The notes under the pieces: generated by a model | The model's database searches: none | Seen by the model: only the letters and a program-made list of their open reading frames with translations | Told to the model about the DNA's origin: nothing | Made by a program: the position numbers and the translations under genes | From: Campylobacterota bacterium | GTDB lineage: Bacteria; Campylobacterota; Campylobacteria; Campylobacterales; Sulfurimonadaceae | Length of the DNA stretch: 10,297 nt | Assembly (NCBI GenBank): GCA_034661055.1 | Contig: JAYEKO010000068.1 | Span: 1-10,297 of the forward strand | Direction of reading: 5' to 3' | Part shown: positions 1-8,277 of the stretch, one piece after another | Position numbering within the stretch: position 1 is the first letter of the stretch | Layout: every line of letters starts with the position of its first letter

Positions 1-65
1 TAGGGGCTGGCTAATAATAGAGTACTCAGTAGAGTAACAGAACTAAATAGTGTGAATGGTTTCAT
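1..65 (-). CDS. 5' end of a probable secreted/periplasmic protein (runs off the window)
   Basis: ATG at 65 with AAGGA RBS at 77..73 (7-nt spacer). Reads MKPFTLFSSVTLLSTLLLASP..., a Sec signal-peptide-like N-terminus. A TATAAT hexamer lies at 112..107 on the minus strand. Confidence 0.7.
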   Translation of the reverse strand, partial: MKPFTLFSSVTLLSTLLLASP

Positions 66-137
66 AAAAGTTTCCTTAGTATATTTTCTATTTAAAATAA
101 TACTAAATTATACTTATAATAAATTTTAACTAATAAA

Positions 138-1439
138 CTATTTCGTAATATAAGCTTTAAGCCATAGATTGGCTTGAGATTTACATGTAAATTCTAGGTT
201 AAGCTGTGCTTCATAAGCGTCATCCAAAATAGTTTTAAATTTAAGAGAAGGTTGAAGTCCAAGCTCAATCAGGTCACGACCTTGAATTAGTGGTTTGAGT
301 GGTTTGGAAAATACATGTAAATCTTTGGCACGCCTACTAAGCCATGCTCCAGCTTTAAATGTATGGTGTGCTGTTTTTATATTGCACTTTAAATCAATGG
401 CCTTAGCAACTTGAATTAAATCTTCTAGTTTTACTTTAGTAGCTAAGCGTAGAATATCACTGTCGCTAGCACGGTTGTCAAACATTTTTTGCGGTTGACG
501 GTTATATTTTACAAGAGTTGCGACTTCAGAAATAAGCGCATGTTCATTAGTAAGTTTACTTAAAAAGCTTTGTGTATTTTCTAGCATCTTGTGACATAAA
601 ATACTTAGCATCATAAGTAAATTGTGTTTTGTGTCATTGCCACAAAGTGATGCCATCATATCTACTGTTAAAATTGTGTGTTTAAAGATGTCATTTTGGG
701 AGTTACACTTCATTGCAGACATACCCTCAAGTTCACTAAAATATCTAAAAATGCCAAGGCGTTCCATTAGGCGCATTCCAATAGAGGGCTTCTTAGCCTT
801 AAGTAGCAGTTTTTTAAACTCTTCAAAAATACGCTCCTTGGGAAGTTCTTGGAGTTGGTCATTGCTAACCATCTGCTCACATAGCGTTAGCAGTGAGTCG
901 GAACATTCAAGTTCAAATCGAGAGGTAAACTGAACGGCTCTATAGACCCGAAGAGGGTCTTCAACAAATGTCTTAGCATTGACTTCTCGTAATATTTTGC
1001 AGTTTAAGTCATTTTCTCCATTGTAAGGATCAAGAAGCGTTCTCCTGCGAGTGTCATACCCCATAGCGTTAATGGTAAAGTCACGACGCAAAGCGGCTTC
1101 ACGAAAGCTAAGATCTTGTGCAGTGTTAACACTAAAGCCTCTGTGACCTCTGCCAGTTTTAGACTCAGTTCGAGGAAGCGAGATATCAACATCTAAATCT
1201 TCAAGCCGAATCTTAAGTACTCCAAAGCTGCTTCCAACCTCATAAACAGAGCCAAACTGTTTTACATGTAATTTTAATAGCTCAATATCTTGTGTGCCGT
1301 AAATCTCAATATCGATATCTTTAGAGGGGTGATTAAGAAGTGTATCTCGGACATAACCACCAACTATAACAGGTGTTAGCTCCGCAGTAATAAGGTGCTG
1401 AATTAGAGGTTGTAATGCTTGAGGTATTTCGAGAGTCAT
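138..1439 (-). CDS. cca: CCA-adding tRNA nucleotidyltransferase (class II), 433 aa, with degenerate HD-like region
   Basis: Motifs VGGYVRD...KDIDIE (catalytic DxD), RRDFTINA, DPYNG..DL, templating motif EDPLRVYR, ERIFEEFKK, and C-terminal IQGRDLIELG. The flexible loop RTESKTGRGHRGF is present. Confidence 0.93.
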   Translation of the reverse strand: MTLEIPQALQPLIQHLITAELTPVIVGGYVRDTLLNHPSKDIDIEIYGTQDIELLKLHVKQFGSVYEVGSSFGVLKIRLEDLDVDISLPRTESKTGRGHRGFSVNTAQDLSFREAALRRDFTINAMGYDTRRRTLLDPYNGENDLNCKILREVNAKTFVEDPLRVYRAVQFTSRFELECSDSLLTLCEQMVSNDQLQELPKERIFEEFKKLLLKAKKPSIGMRLMERLGIFRYFSELEGMSAMKCNSQNDIFKHTILTVDMMASLCGNDTKHNLLMMLSILCHKMLENTQSFLSKLTNEHALISEVATLVKYNRQPQKMFDNRASDSDILRLATKVKLEDLIQVAKAIDLKCNIKTAHHTFKAGAWLSRRAKDLHVFSKPLKPLIQGRDLIELGLQPSLKFKTILDDAYEAQLNLEFTCKSQANLWLKAYITK

Positions 1440-1466
1440 AAGCTTCCATCGTCTGTGTCTGTCTGA

Positions 1467-1475
1467 ATTTTACCA
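1467..1475 (-). promoter_or_regulatory. Putative extended -10 sigma70 promoter for cca
   Basis: The minus strand reads TGG-TAAAAT (TGn + TAnAAT), ending 27 nt upstream of the cca ATG. Confidence 0.5.
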
Positions 1476-1591
1476 TCTTTTCATATATTGTTCAACCATT
1501 TAATGATATCTCCAGAAGAGCTTTTAACGAAGATTAAATAATGGATAATAGTGTAAAATACAGCTAATTTTAAACTCTATAGAGGAAATTG

Positions 1592-2827
1592 ATGAAGGTT
1601 TTAATTCACTTAATGCTGCTATCTCTGCTATTAAGTAGCTCTACTGTAGCTAATGAAACAGATGGCGAGCTAGATGCATATATTTCAAAGAACAAAAAAC
1701 AGCAGTTTTTGTATGATTATGAAAAAAATGAAGCTGAAAGTTCTAAGCTGCGTGACTCATGGATAGCTCCTCTTCGTATGAACTACTCATATGGTGTTAG
1801 TAATCCAAGTAAAGAAGATCAAACCACTCAAAGTGCCTCCATAAAGATGGATCAGTCAATTTTTCAAAGTGGCGGTATCTACTATGGCATTAAGTTTGCC
1901 AATGCCTCTAAAAAGTATTCTGACTACTCTATTGATGTAGCAAAAAGAAAGATGATTAAAGATGCTGTCTATCTTTTAATGCAGATAAAACAGACCGATT
2001 TAAAACAAGAGAAGCAGAAGTTACAGATTAAAAACTCAGAGATTAATTTAGAGTTAAAAAAAGAGCAGTATTTAAATGGACAACTCGATTCTGGATTCTT
2101 AGATAATGCTATCATAGAGAGAAATTTTGTAATTCAAAATCTTTATGATATTCAAACATCTAAAGAGAGACTCGTCTCTAGTTTTAACGCATTGAGTGAT
2201 TTAAATTATGCGGATGCATCTGTACCTCATCTAAATATTTTAAGCGAAGATGAGTTCTTAAAGCATAACATTATTTTAAAAGTTGCAACTGCTCAGATAC
2301 AAAGAGATGAGTACAATAAAAATATGACTGTAGCAAAATATCTTCCAAATCTAAGTGTTACAGCAGGATATAACTGGTCAAAAAGTGAAAATCAAATATT
2401 TGGCATAGATGATAATGGTGTACCAATTAAGAGTGATGATGGACTGGATTATTATGATTATGGGATAAGAGCTAGTATGCCATTAGATATAAATACATTT
2501 AAAGATATTGAATCTGCTCAAGTTGATTTCTTGAAATCAAAAGTGCTTCAAGAGGATAAAGTAATTCAGTTAAAAGCTATTTTTGAGCAAGTAATGCAGA
2601 ACATAGAAAATCTTAATAGAAAAAAAGCATTAAGCCTTGAAAATAGGGAAATATATGCAAAACTTTTACAAGATACAAAAGATCTTTTTAGTGTAGGATA
2701 TAAAACCAAATACGATATTGAAACATTAGAAAACTCTGTAGTTATTTCTGAAATAAATGCAAAAATATTTGAGTATGATAAGCAGTTAGAGCTTTTAACT
2801 CTCTATGAGATGTACATTAAGAATTAG
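1592..2827 (+). CDS. TolC-family outer membrane efflux protein
   Basis: About 411 aa with a signal peptide and two OEP-like repeats (MDQSIFQSGG...; KYLPNLSVTAGYNW...YDYGIRASMPLD; LFSVGYKTKYDI), plus long amphipathic helices. GAGGA RBS at 1582-1586 favours ATG 1592 over TTG 1589. Confidence 0.85.
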   Translation: MKVLIHLMLLSLLLSSSTVANETDGELDAYISKNKKQQFLYDYEKNEAESSKLRDSWIAPLRMNYSYGVSNPSKEDQTTQSASIKMDQSIFQSGGIYYGIKFANASKKYSDYSIDVAKRKMIKDAVYLLMQIKQTDLKQEKQKLQIKNSEINLELKKEQYLNGQLDSGFLDNAIIERNFVIQNLYDIQTSKERLVSSFNALSDLNYADASVPHLNILSEDEFLKHNIILKVATAQIQRDEYNKNMTVAKYLPNLSVTAGYNWSKSENQIFGIDDNGVPIKSDDGLDYYDYGIRASMPLDINTFKDIESAQVDFLKSKVLQEDKVIQLKAIFEQVMQNIENLNRKKALSLENREIYAKLLQDTKDLFSVGYKTKYDIETLENSVVISEINAKIFEYDKQLELLTLYEMYIKN

Positions 2828-2836
2828 TAATTGCCC

Positions 2837-2853
2837 CACCTCTACAAGAGGTG
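2837..2853. terminator. Hairpin between convergent tolC-like gene and pstB (possible terminator)
   Basis: CACCTCT-ACA-AGAGGTG forms a perfect 7-bp stem in the 27-nt gap. There is no strong U-tract on either strand. Confidence 0.4.
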
Positions 2854-2854
2854 A

Positions 2855-3640
2855 TTAACCAAACTTACCTGTAATATACTCTTCTGTCAGCTTCTCTTTA
2901 GGGGTTACAAAGAGCTCTTCAGTAATGCCTAATTCAATTAACTCACCCAAGTACATAAAACCTGTATAGTCACTAACACGAGCGGCTTGCTGCATATTAT
3001 GAGTTACAATGATGATGGAGACACGCTCTTTAAGTTCTGTAACTAACTCCTCAATTCCCTGAGTTGAGATAGGATCAAGTGCAGAGGTAGGCTCATCAAA
3101 TAGAAGCACTTTAGGCTCAACGGCAATAGCTCTAGCAATGCATAAGCGTTGCTGTTGACCACCAGAGAGACCATTTGCATCATGTTTTAAGCGATCTTTT
3201 ACCTCATTCCAAATAGCAGCATCTCTAAGTGCTTTTTCAACACGGTCACCAAGTTCACCCTTGTTTTTAATTCCTTGAAGACGCATACCATAAGCTACAT
3301 TATCATAAATGCTCATAGGAAAAGCCGTAGGTTTTTGAAAAATCATTCCAATGTTAATGCGCAGTTGGATAAGATCCTCTTTTGAAGTTAAAATATTACG
3401 GCCATTAAAAAGAATTTCACCATCATATCTGTTTCCGGGGTAGAGGTCATGCATACGGTTAAAGGCGCGAAGGAGTGTTGTTTTACCACAACCAGATGGG
3501 CCAATAAGTGCAGTAACACTATTTTTTGCAATAGGCATACTAATCTGTTTTAAGCTAGGCTCATCACTACCTGCATAGGTAAATTCAAAATTATTTACAT
3601 GTAAAACTTTTTCTTCTTTGACGTCAACTATTGTTGCCAT
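2855..3640 (-). CDS. pstB: Phosphate ABC transporter ATP-binding protein
   Basis: Walker [28 protein letters not shown], signature [14 protein letters not shown], Walker [26 protein letters not shown], and C-terminal YITGKFG. The start overlaps the pstA stop (TAATG). Confidence 0.98.
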   Translation of the reverse strand: MATIVDVKEEKVLHVNNFEFTYAGSDEPSLKQISMPIAKNSVTALIGPSGCGKTTLLRAFNRMHDLYPGNRYDGEILFNGRNILTSKEDLIQLRINIGMIFQKPTAFPMSIYDNVAYGMRLQGIKNKGELGDRVEKALRDAAIWNEVKDRLKHDANGLSGGQQQRLCIARAIAVEPKVLLFDEPTSALDPISTQGIEELVTELKERVSIIIVTHNMQQAARVSDYTGFMYLGELIELGITEELFVTPKEKLTEEYITGKFG

Positions 3641-4482
3641 TATCTGCCTTTTTTCTTGAGTAAAAATATGCGTCCAAAAATATTTAGACTTAAAATAAAC
3701 ATAGAGAGTATAAATGCTGCTGCCCAGCCAAGACGTTGCCAGTCTTCATAGGGGCTAATCGCGTAGTTATACATAGTAACTGTAAGTGATGCCATCGGCT
3801 CATTCATATCGGTGTTCATGAAGTTGTCATTGAATGAGGTAAAGAGCAGGGGTGCCGTTTCGCCAGCCACTCGTGCAATACCAAGCAATACTCCAGTTAA
3901 AATACCCGCTTTTGCGCCACGGTAAACGACTTGAATAATCACTTTGTATTTTGGAGCACCTAGCGCAAAGGCCGCCTCTCTAAGTGTTGCAGGGACAAGT
4001 CGCAACATATCATCAGTGGTTCGTAAAATAATAGGAATCATGATGATGGCAAGTGCAACAGAACCTGCATAACCGCTAAAGTGTCCCATTGGCATAACCA
4101 CAATTGCATAAACAAAGGCACCAATAACAATACTTGGGGCACTCATCATAATGTCTGAAATATCACGAATAGTCTCAGCAAGTTTAGAGCTCTGCCCATA
4201 CTCACTTAGAAAAGTTCCTGCAAGAATACCTAATGGAACACCGACAAATGTAGCAAGAGCGACAATCATTAGCTGACCAATAAGTGCATGTTTTAATCCA
4301 CTCTCTTCATACCCTGGAGGGGCGCCTTCAAAGGTGAAAATAGTCCAACTCAGTGCTTCTACGCCGTTATATATTAAGATACTTAAAATCCAAAACAAAA
4401 AGGCTAAACCAATGAGTGCTGAAAGTGTTGAGAGGATCATCACTATTTTATTGATGAGAACACGTTTTTGTGTATGGGTCAT
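3640..4482 (-). CDS. pstA: Phosphate ABC transporter permease PstA
   Basis: Multi-TM protein with PSIVIG, EAA motif [23 protein letters not shown] and WAAAFIL. ATGA overlap with pstC. Confidence 0.96.
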   Translation of the reverse strand: MTHTQKRVLINKIVMILSTLSALIGLAFLFWILSILIYNGVEALSWTIFTFEGAPPGYEESGLKHALIGQLMIVALATFVGVPLGILAGTFLSEYGQSSKLAETIRDISDIMMSAPSIVIGAFVYAIVVMPMGHFSGYAGSVALAIIMIPIILRTTDDMLRLVPATLREAAFALGAPKYKVIIQVVYRGAKAGILTGVLLGIARVAGETAPLLFTSFNDNFMNTDMNEPMASLTVTMYNYAISPYEDWQRLGWAAAFILSMFILSLNIFGRIFLLKKKGR

Positions 4483-5339
4483 CTAACACTCCTTTTTCTA
4501 CGTAAAAAGTAGAATTTTGCAATTGATATGATGGTAAAGCTAATAACAAGTAGAATGAGTGACAACTCAAAAAGACTTGAATAGTATAAGTCTGTATCAG
4601 CTTCAGTAAACTCATTCGCAAGTGTTACTGGAATTGAGGTCGCTGGAGCTAAGATATCTGTTGAGATTTTATGTACATTACCCATAACAAAGGTAACTGC
4701 CATGGTCTCACCAATAGCACGACCTAGTGCTAAAATGAGAGAGCCAATAATTCCTGCCTTTGCGTAAGGTATGACAATGTCTTTAACTACGTCCCATTTT
4801 GTTCCACCGAGTGCATAGGCAGACTCTTTTAAGATGTCGGGCGTAGTATTCATCGCGTCACGAGTCACCGCTGCCATAAAAGGTAAAATCATAATGGCAA
4901 GAACAATACCTGCAGTGAGCATTCCAATACCAAGTCCACCAAAGCTATCACGAATAATAGGTACAAAATAAAAGAGTCCCCACATTCCGTAGATGACCGA
5001 AGGAATAGCAGCAAGAAGTTCAATAGAGACACCCACTGGAGCTTTAAGTTTTGCTGGCGCAATCTCGCTTAAAAAGATGGCAACTCCAATGGCAATAGGA
5101 ACTGAAAACAGCATGGCTAAAAAGGTAGAAATAACCGAACCAGCTATGGCAGGAAGTGCCCCAAACTTTTCTAAGTTGGGAGCCCATTTACTCTCTGTTA
5201 CAAAATCAAAACCAAGAGCATTAATGGACTCTAGTGAGTTTTGAAAGAGTACGGTGAAAATCCATGCAACAATAAAAAGAATTGAGATGGCAATAATCTT
5301 TGTCGATGCGGCAAAGATTTTATCTATTAAAACGCTCAA
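4479..5339 (-). CDS. pstC: Phosphate ABC transporter permease PstC
   Basis: FGALPAIAGS, ELLAAIPSVIYGMWG, KESAYALGGTKW, LGRAIGETMAV and ANEFTEA. TTG start with AAGGAG RBS at 5353..5348. Confidence 0.96.
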   Translation of the reverse strand: MSVLIDKIFAASTKIIAISILFIVAWIFTVLFQNSLESINALGFDFVTESKWAPNLEKFGALPAIAGSVISTFLAMLFSVPIAIGVAIFLSEIAPAKLKAPVGVSIELLAAIPSVIYGMWGLFYFVPIIRDSFGGLGIGMLTAGIVLAIMILPFMAAVTRDAMNTTPDILKESAYALGGTKWDVVKDIVIPYAKAGIIGSLILALGRAIGETMAVTFVMGNVHKISTDILAPATSIPVTLANEFTEADTDLYYSSLFELSLILLVISFTIISIAKFYFLRRKRSVR

Positions 5340-5365
5340 AATTGAAACTCCTTCTTAAGTTCCGA

Positions 5366-5397
5366 ATTCTAGGCTAGTTTAATTACAGTTAGGTTAC
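5366..5397 (-). promoter_or_regulatory. Putative Pho box plus -10, internal promoter for pstCAB
   Basis: Minus strand: GTAACCTAACTGTAAT (5397..5382), a 10-nt spacer, then TAGAAT (5371..5366). The box is 13/16 identical to the phoU box. Confidence 0.75.
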
Positions 5398-6785
5398 GTT
5401 TTGAGCTCTTTAATATTAAAGCCAAACTCTGATCCAACACCTACTTCGCTTTTAATCTCAAGAGAAGTATGGTGTAGTTTTAAAATATAGGTGACAATGG
5501 CTAGTCCGATGCCCATGGAGTTATCCCAAGTGTTTTTCTGTACTCGGTAGTATTTGGAGGCTATTTTTTCAATTTCACTCGATTCAATTCCCATACCTTT
5601 GTCAGCAACAGCAATGCTCTGCTTAGTGAGTTTTACATGTATATCATCTTCAGAGTACTTAAGAGCGTTGTCGATGAGGTTGGTAAGAACGAGCTCCATC
5701 ATGGTTTTATCGGCATGAATTTTTTGAGAATTTCCTTCAAAAATAATTTTACGGCTTTGGTATTTTTTTGAAATATTGGCGATTATATCTTCAGTTAGCA
5801 GGCACAAATCAAAGCTTGTTGGTTTAATGCTGAGGTCATTATTTTCGAGCTTAACAGAGAGGGCAAGACGGTCAAGCATGTGGGTCATTTTTTGAGAGTT
5901 GGAGAGGATTTTTTGTAAAAATTTAGTACGAATTTTAACGCTAATATCAGGGTCATCGTGCAGAGTTTCAGCATAGCCCATCACTGAAGCGATAGGGTTT
6001 TTAAACTCATGCGAGATTGCAGAGAGAATATCACTGCGCTGTTTGTTAATGAGTCGAAGTTTTGCTGTGTATTTACGCTTCTGTTTCTCCCTTGAAGCCA
6101 GTTTTTTTACTAAATTTTTAAGTAACAGTGAAATTTGTAAAAACTCATTAAAGTACTGTGGTTTAAGAATGGCCTTGTAATTCTTGTTTGAAATCTCATC
6201 AAGATAGTTGGTAATTTGGTCAATATCAGATCTAATACGTTCACTCATTTTATAAGAGATAAAAACTGCAATAAGTGTCACAACAATAAAAATGCCAACA
6301 AGATTAAACCATAGGCTATAGAAGTTCTGCATAATTCGTTCCAGGCTCATAGAGAGACGAATATAAATAGGGGCTTTTGTAGTTTCTATGCGCTTAGCAA
6401 CATAGAGAAAATCTGTTTTTAGTGTTTTGGAGTAACGGGTTGTAATACCATACTCATTTGAGTTTGAGTCTATTACCTCAGCACGGTTGGCATGATTCTC
6501 CATCTCCATTTTATTGGTGTTGCTTTCAGCAATAACAACGCCGTTATAATCAATAACAGTTACTCTTAAGCTAGTGGCATCATGGGCTCTGCTTGCAAAA
6601 TTGTCTAAATTTTCTATTTCATCTAATTCTAGAGAGATAAGAGTAATGGAGTTTTTAAGATGATCTTCATGGTACTCTAAAACAATCTCTTTTAAAGTGA
6701 GGTAACTAACAAGTGATGCCATAAAGAGTGTTCCTAGAAAAAGCCCTATAAATTTTAGTATAAAGACGTGGTGAATATTTAACAC
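5394..6785 (-). CDS. phoR: Two-component sensor histidine kinase, PhoR-like
   Basis: Two TM segments flank a periplasmic domain (RVTVIDYNGVVIAES...MENHANRAEV), followed by a HAMP-like linker, H-box SHEFKNP, N-box NLIDNALKYS, G1 DKGMGI and G2 SMGIGLAIV. The PhoR assignment comes from context within the pst/phoU locus. Confidence 0.85.
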   Translation of the reverse strand: MLNIHHVFILKFIGLFLGTLFMASLVSYLTLKEIVLEYHEDHLKNSITLISLELDEIENLDNFASRAHDATSLRVTVIDYNGVVIAESNTNKMEMENHANRAEVIDSNSNEYGITTRYSKTLKTDFLYVAKRIETTKAPIYIRLSMSLERIMQNFYSLWFNLVGIFIVVTLIAVFISYKMSERIRSDIDQITNYLDEISNKNYKAILKPQYFNEFLQISLLLKNLVKKLASREKQKRKYTAKLRLINKQRSDILSAISHEFKNPIASVMGYAETLHDDPDISVKIRTKFLQKILSNSQKMTHMLDRLALSVKLENNDLSIKPTSFDLCLLTEDIIANISKKYQSRKIIFEGNSQKIHADKTMMELVLTNLIDNALKYSEDDIHVKLTKQSIAVADKGMGIESSEIEKIASKYYRVQKNTWDNSMGIGLAIVTYILKLHHTSLEIKSEVGVGSEFGFNIKELKT

Positions 6786-7453
6786 AGAGTGTATCCCACA
6801 CCTCGGACAGTTTTAATATACTCTTTTGTTTTATCGGGATCAATCTTCTCTTTTAGGCGATTGATGGCGACATTAACTGTTCTATCTTGATAGACATCGT
6901 CATTTCCCCAGACATGTTCAAGAAGATAGTCACGCTCTAGAACAACATTTTGGTTATTAATTAGTGTATAAAGCAGATCAAACTCCAGTTTTGTGAGTTC
7001 AATATTTTTCTCCTCAATACTAATCGTTCTTGCATTAAGATTTACATGTATATCACGGTAAACAATGCTACCATCTACAGAGCCCACCTTGGTGCGTCGT
7101 AAAATGGCTTTAATGCGAAGTAGCAACTCTTTCATATTAAAAGGTTTGGTGATGTAGTCATCGCCACCACGTACAAAGCCCTCTTCAATGTCGCTGTCTC
7201 TATTTTTGGCACTAAGATAGATGACAGGAACATCAATGCCTTTTTTACGAACAGAAGCAACAAACTCACTGCCTTCAATACCAGGTAGGTTTCTATCCAT
7301 AATGAGCAGATCGACATGCTCCTCTTCTAAAATCTGTTCCACACTTTTTGTATTTAAAAAACCGATAGTATCAAAACCCTCTTTTTCGAGGTTGTACTCA
7401 ATAAGTTCTAAAATATCTTCTTCATCTTCTACAATGACAATAAGTGCGTTCAT
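6779..7453 (-). CDS. phoB: OmpR/PhoB-family DNA-binding response regulator, PhoB-like
   Basis: Receiver motifs VEDE, IMDRNLPG (phospho-Asp), LSAK and DDYITKPF. Winged-helix motifs LTKLEFDLL, RTVNVAINRLKEKI and IKTVRGVGY. Overlaps the kinase start by 7 nt. Confidence 0.88.
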   Translation of the reverse strand: MNALIVIVEDEEDILELIEYNLEKEGFDTIGFLNTKSVEQILEEEHVDLLIMDRNLPGIEGSEFVASVRKKGIDVPVIYLSAKNRDSDIEEGFVRGGDDYITKPFNMKELLLRIKAILRRTKVGSVDGSIVYRDIHVNLNARTISIEEKNIELTKLEFDLLYTLINNQNVVLERDYLLEHVWGNDDVYQDRTVNVAINRLKEKIDPDKTKEYIKTVRGVGYTLC

Positions 7454-7462
7454 CTGTAACCT

Positions 7463-8131
7463 TTAGTAAGTGTTTATCACTCCACCATCTTTGGCAAAGA
7501 GCATTAAATTTGCAATATTTACGGAGCGGTCGCATGAACGTTCCAGCTTTCTTAAAGTTCCAAGTACTTTAACATACTCGATTGAGAGCTCTTTTTCACC
7601 AATAATAAGTGTCATAATCTCTTTTTCCAAAATAGAAAAAAGATCGTCACTCTTGCTCTCTTCAACCATTACCTTGCGGTAGTAATCTTCCATATTGCAG
7701 CTATCAAAATTGTCAAAACAATCTAAGAGATATTGTAACGCATTTATACTACTTTTATGAAGCTGTACAATAGTATTGTCTAGCGGTTTTAAATCACAGT
7801 CACTTTCACAGTGCTCTTTCATGCGGCGTGCATACTTTTTAACACCCCCGCCAATGCGTACAAGTTCATTCGTCATTTTAAGGTAAGCGACTAGCATTCT
7901 AAGCTCACTCGCTTCAGGACCAAAAAGAGCAAAGGTTTTAATAATTTCATTATCAATTGCATTGGCTTGAGTATCTATGATCTTTAGTTCACTTTTTACC
8001 AAATCAAAATCATCACTTTCGTGAGAGATGTAAGCATCTAGTGATTTTTGACTTGATGTGATAATCTCTCCCAATAGTGAGGTAATCATCCCTTGGATAT
8101 CGTTTATTTTATTTTCATAACGTGGTAGCAC
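7463..8131 (-). CDS. phoU: Phosphate signalling/uptake regulator PhoU
   Basis: Two helical PhoU repeats (IDNEIIKTFALFGPEASELR..L; EESKSDD...KLERSCDRSVNIA). AAGGGG RBS at 8142..8137 favours GTG at 8131 over the ORF-track start at 8137. Confidence 0.88.
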   Translation of the reverse strand: MLPRYENKINDIQGMITSLLGEIITSSQKSLDAYISHESDDFDLVKSELKIIDTQANAIDNEIIKTFALFGPEASELRMLVAYLKMTNELVRIGGGVKKYARRMKEHCESDCDLKPLDNTIVQLHKSSINALQYLLDCFDNFDSCNMEDYYRKVMVEESKSDDLFSILEKEIMTLIIGEKELSIEYVKVLGTLRKLERSCDRSVNIANLMLFAKDGGVINTY

Positions 8132-8162
8132 GCTCACCCCTTACAGTGTAATTATTAGCAGG

Positions 8163-8194
8163 ATTGTAGTGAACTAATGTAACAGTAAGGTTAC
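8163..8194 (-). promoter_or_regulatory. Putative Pho box plus -10 for phoU-phoB-phoR
   Basis: Minus strand: GTAACCTTACTGTTAC (8194..8179), a 10-nt spacer, then TACAAT (8168..8163). Confidence 0.8.
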
Positions 8195-8211
8195 GAACAC
8201 TCAGCTGTTTT

Positions 8212-8243
8212 GTAATCTTACTGTTACCTAAGTGTTTTAGAAT
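8212..8243 (+). promoter_or_regulatory. Putative Pho box plus -10 for pstS
   Basis: GTAATCTTACTGTTAC (8212..8227), a 10-nt spacer, then TAGAAT (8238..8243). The box is 15/16 identical to the reverse complement of 8179..8194. Confidence 0.8.
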
Positions 8244-8277
8244 TTCATCATCAAATTACTCAATAAGGGTTTCATAT

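Noticed and set aside
622..1192. Short ORFs 622..933 (+) and 1004..1192 (-)
   Set aside because: Both lie entirely within cca (antisense or alternate frame) and have no recognisable motifs, so they are shadow ORFs.
1451..1465. GTCTGTGTCTGTCTG low-complexity repeat in the cca leader
   Set aside because: Too short and irregular to support a phase-variable repeat.
4993..5244. 83-aa ORF on the plus strand
   Set aside because: Antisense shadow of the highly conserved pstC.
7132..7682. ORFs 7132..7317, 7221..7466 and 7470..7682
   Set aside because: They overlap phoB or phoU in antisense or alternate frames and have no recognisable motifs.
8179..8227. The 16-bp inverted repeat read as a terminator or ncRNA hairpin
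   Set aside because: It lies upstream of both predicted transcription starts. The fixed 10-nt spacing to -10 hexamers and the third solo copy at 5382-5397 fit a DNA-binding site better.
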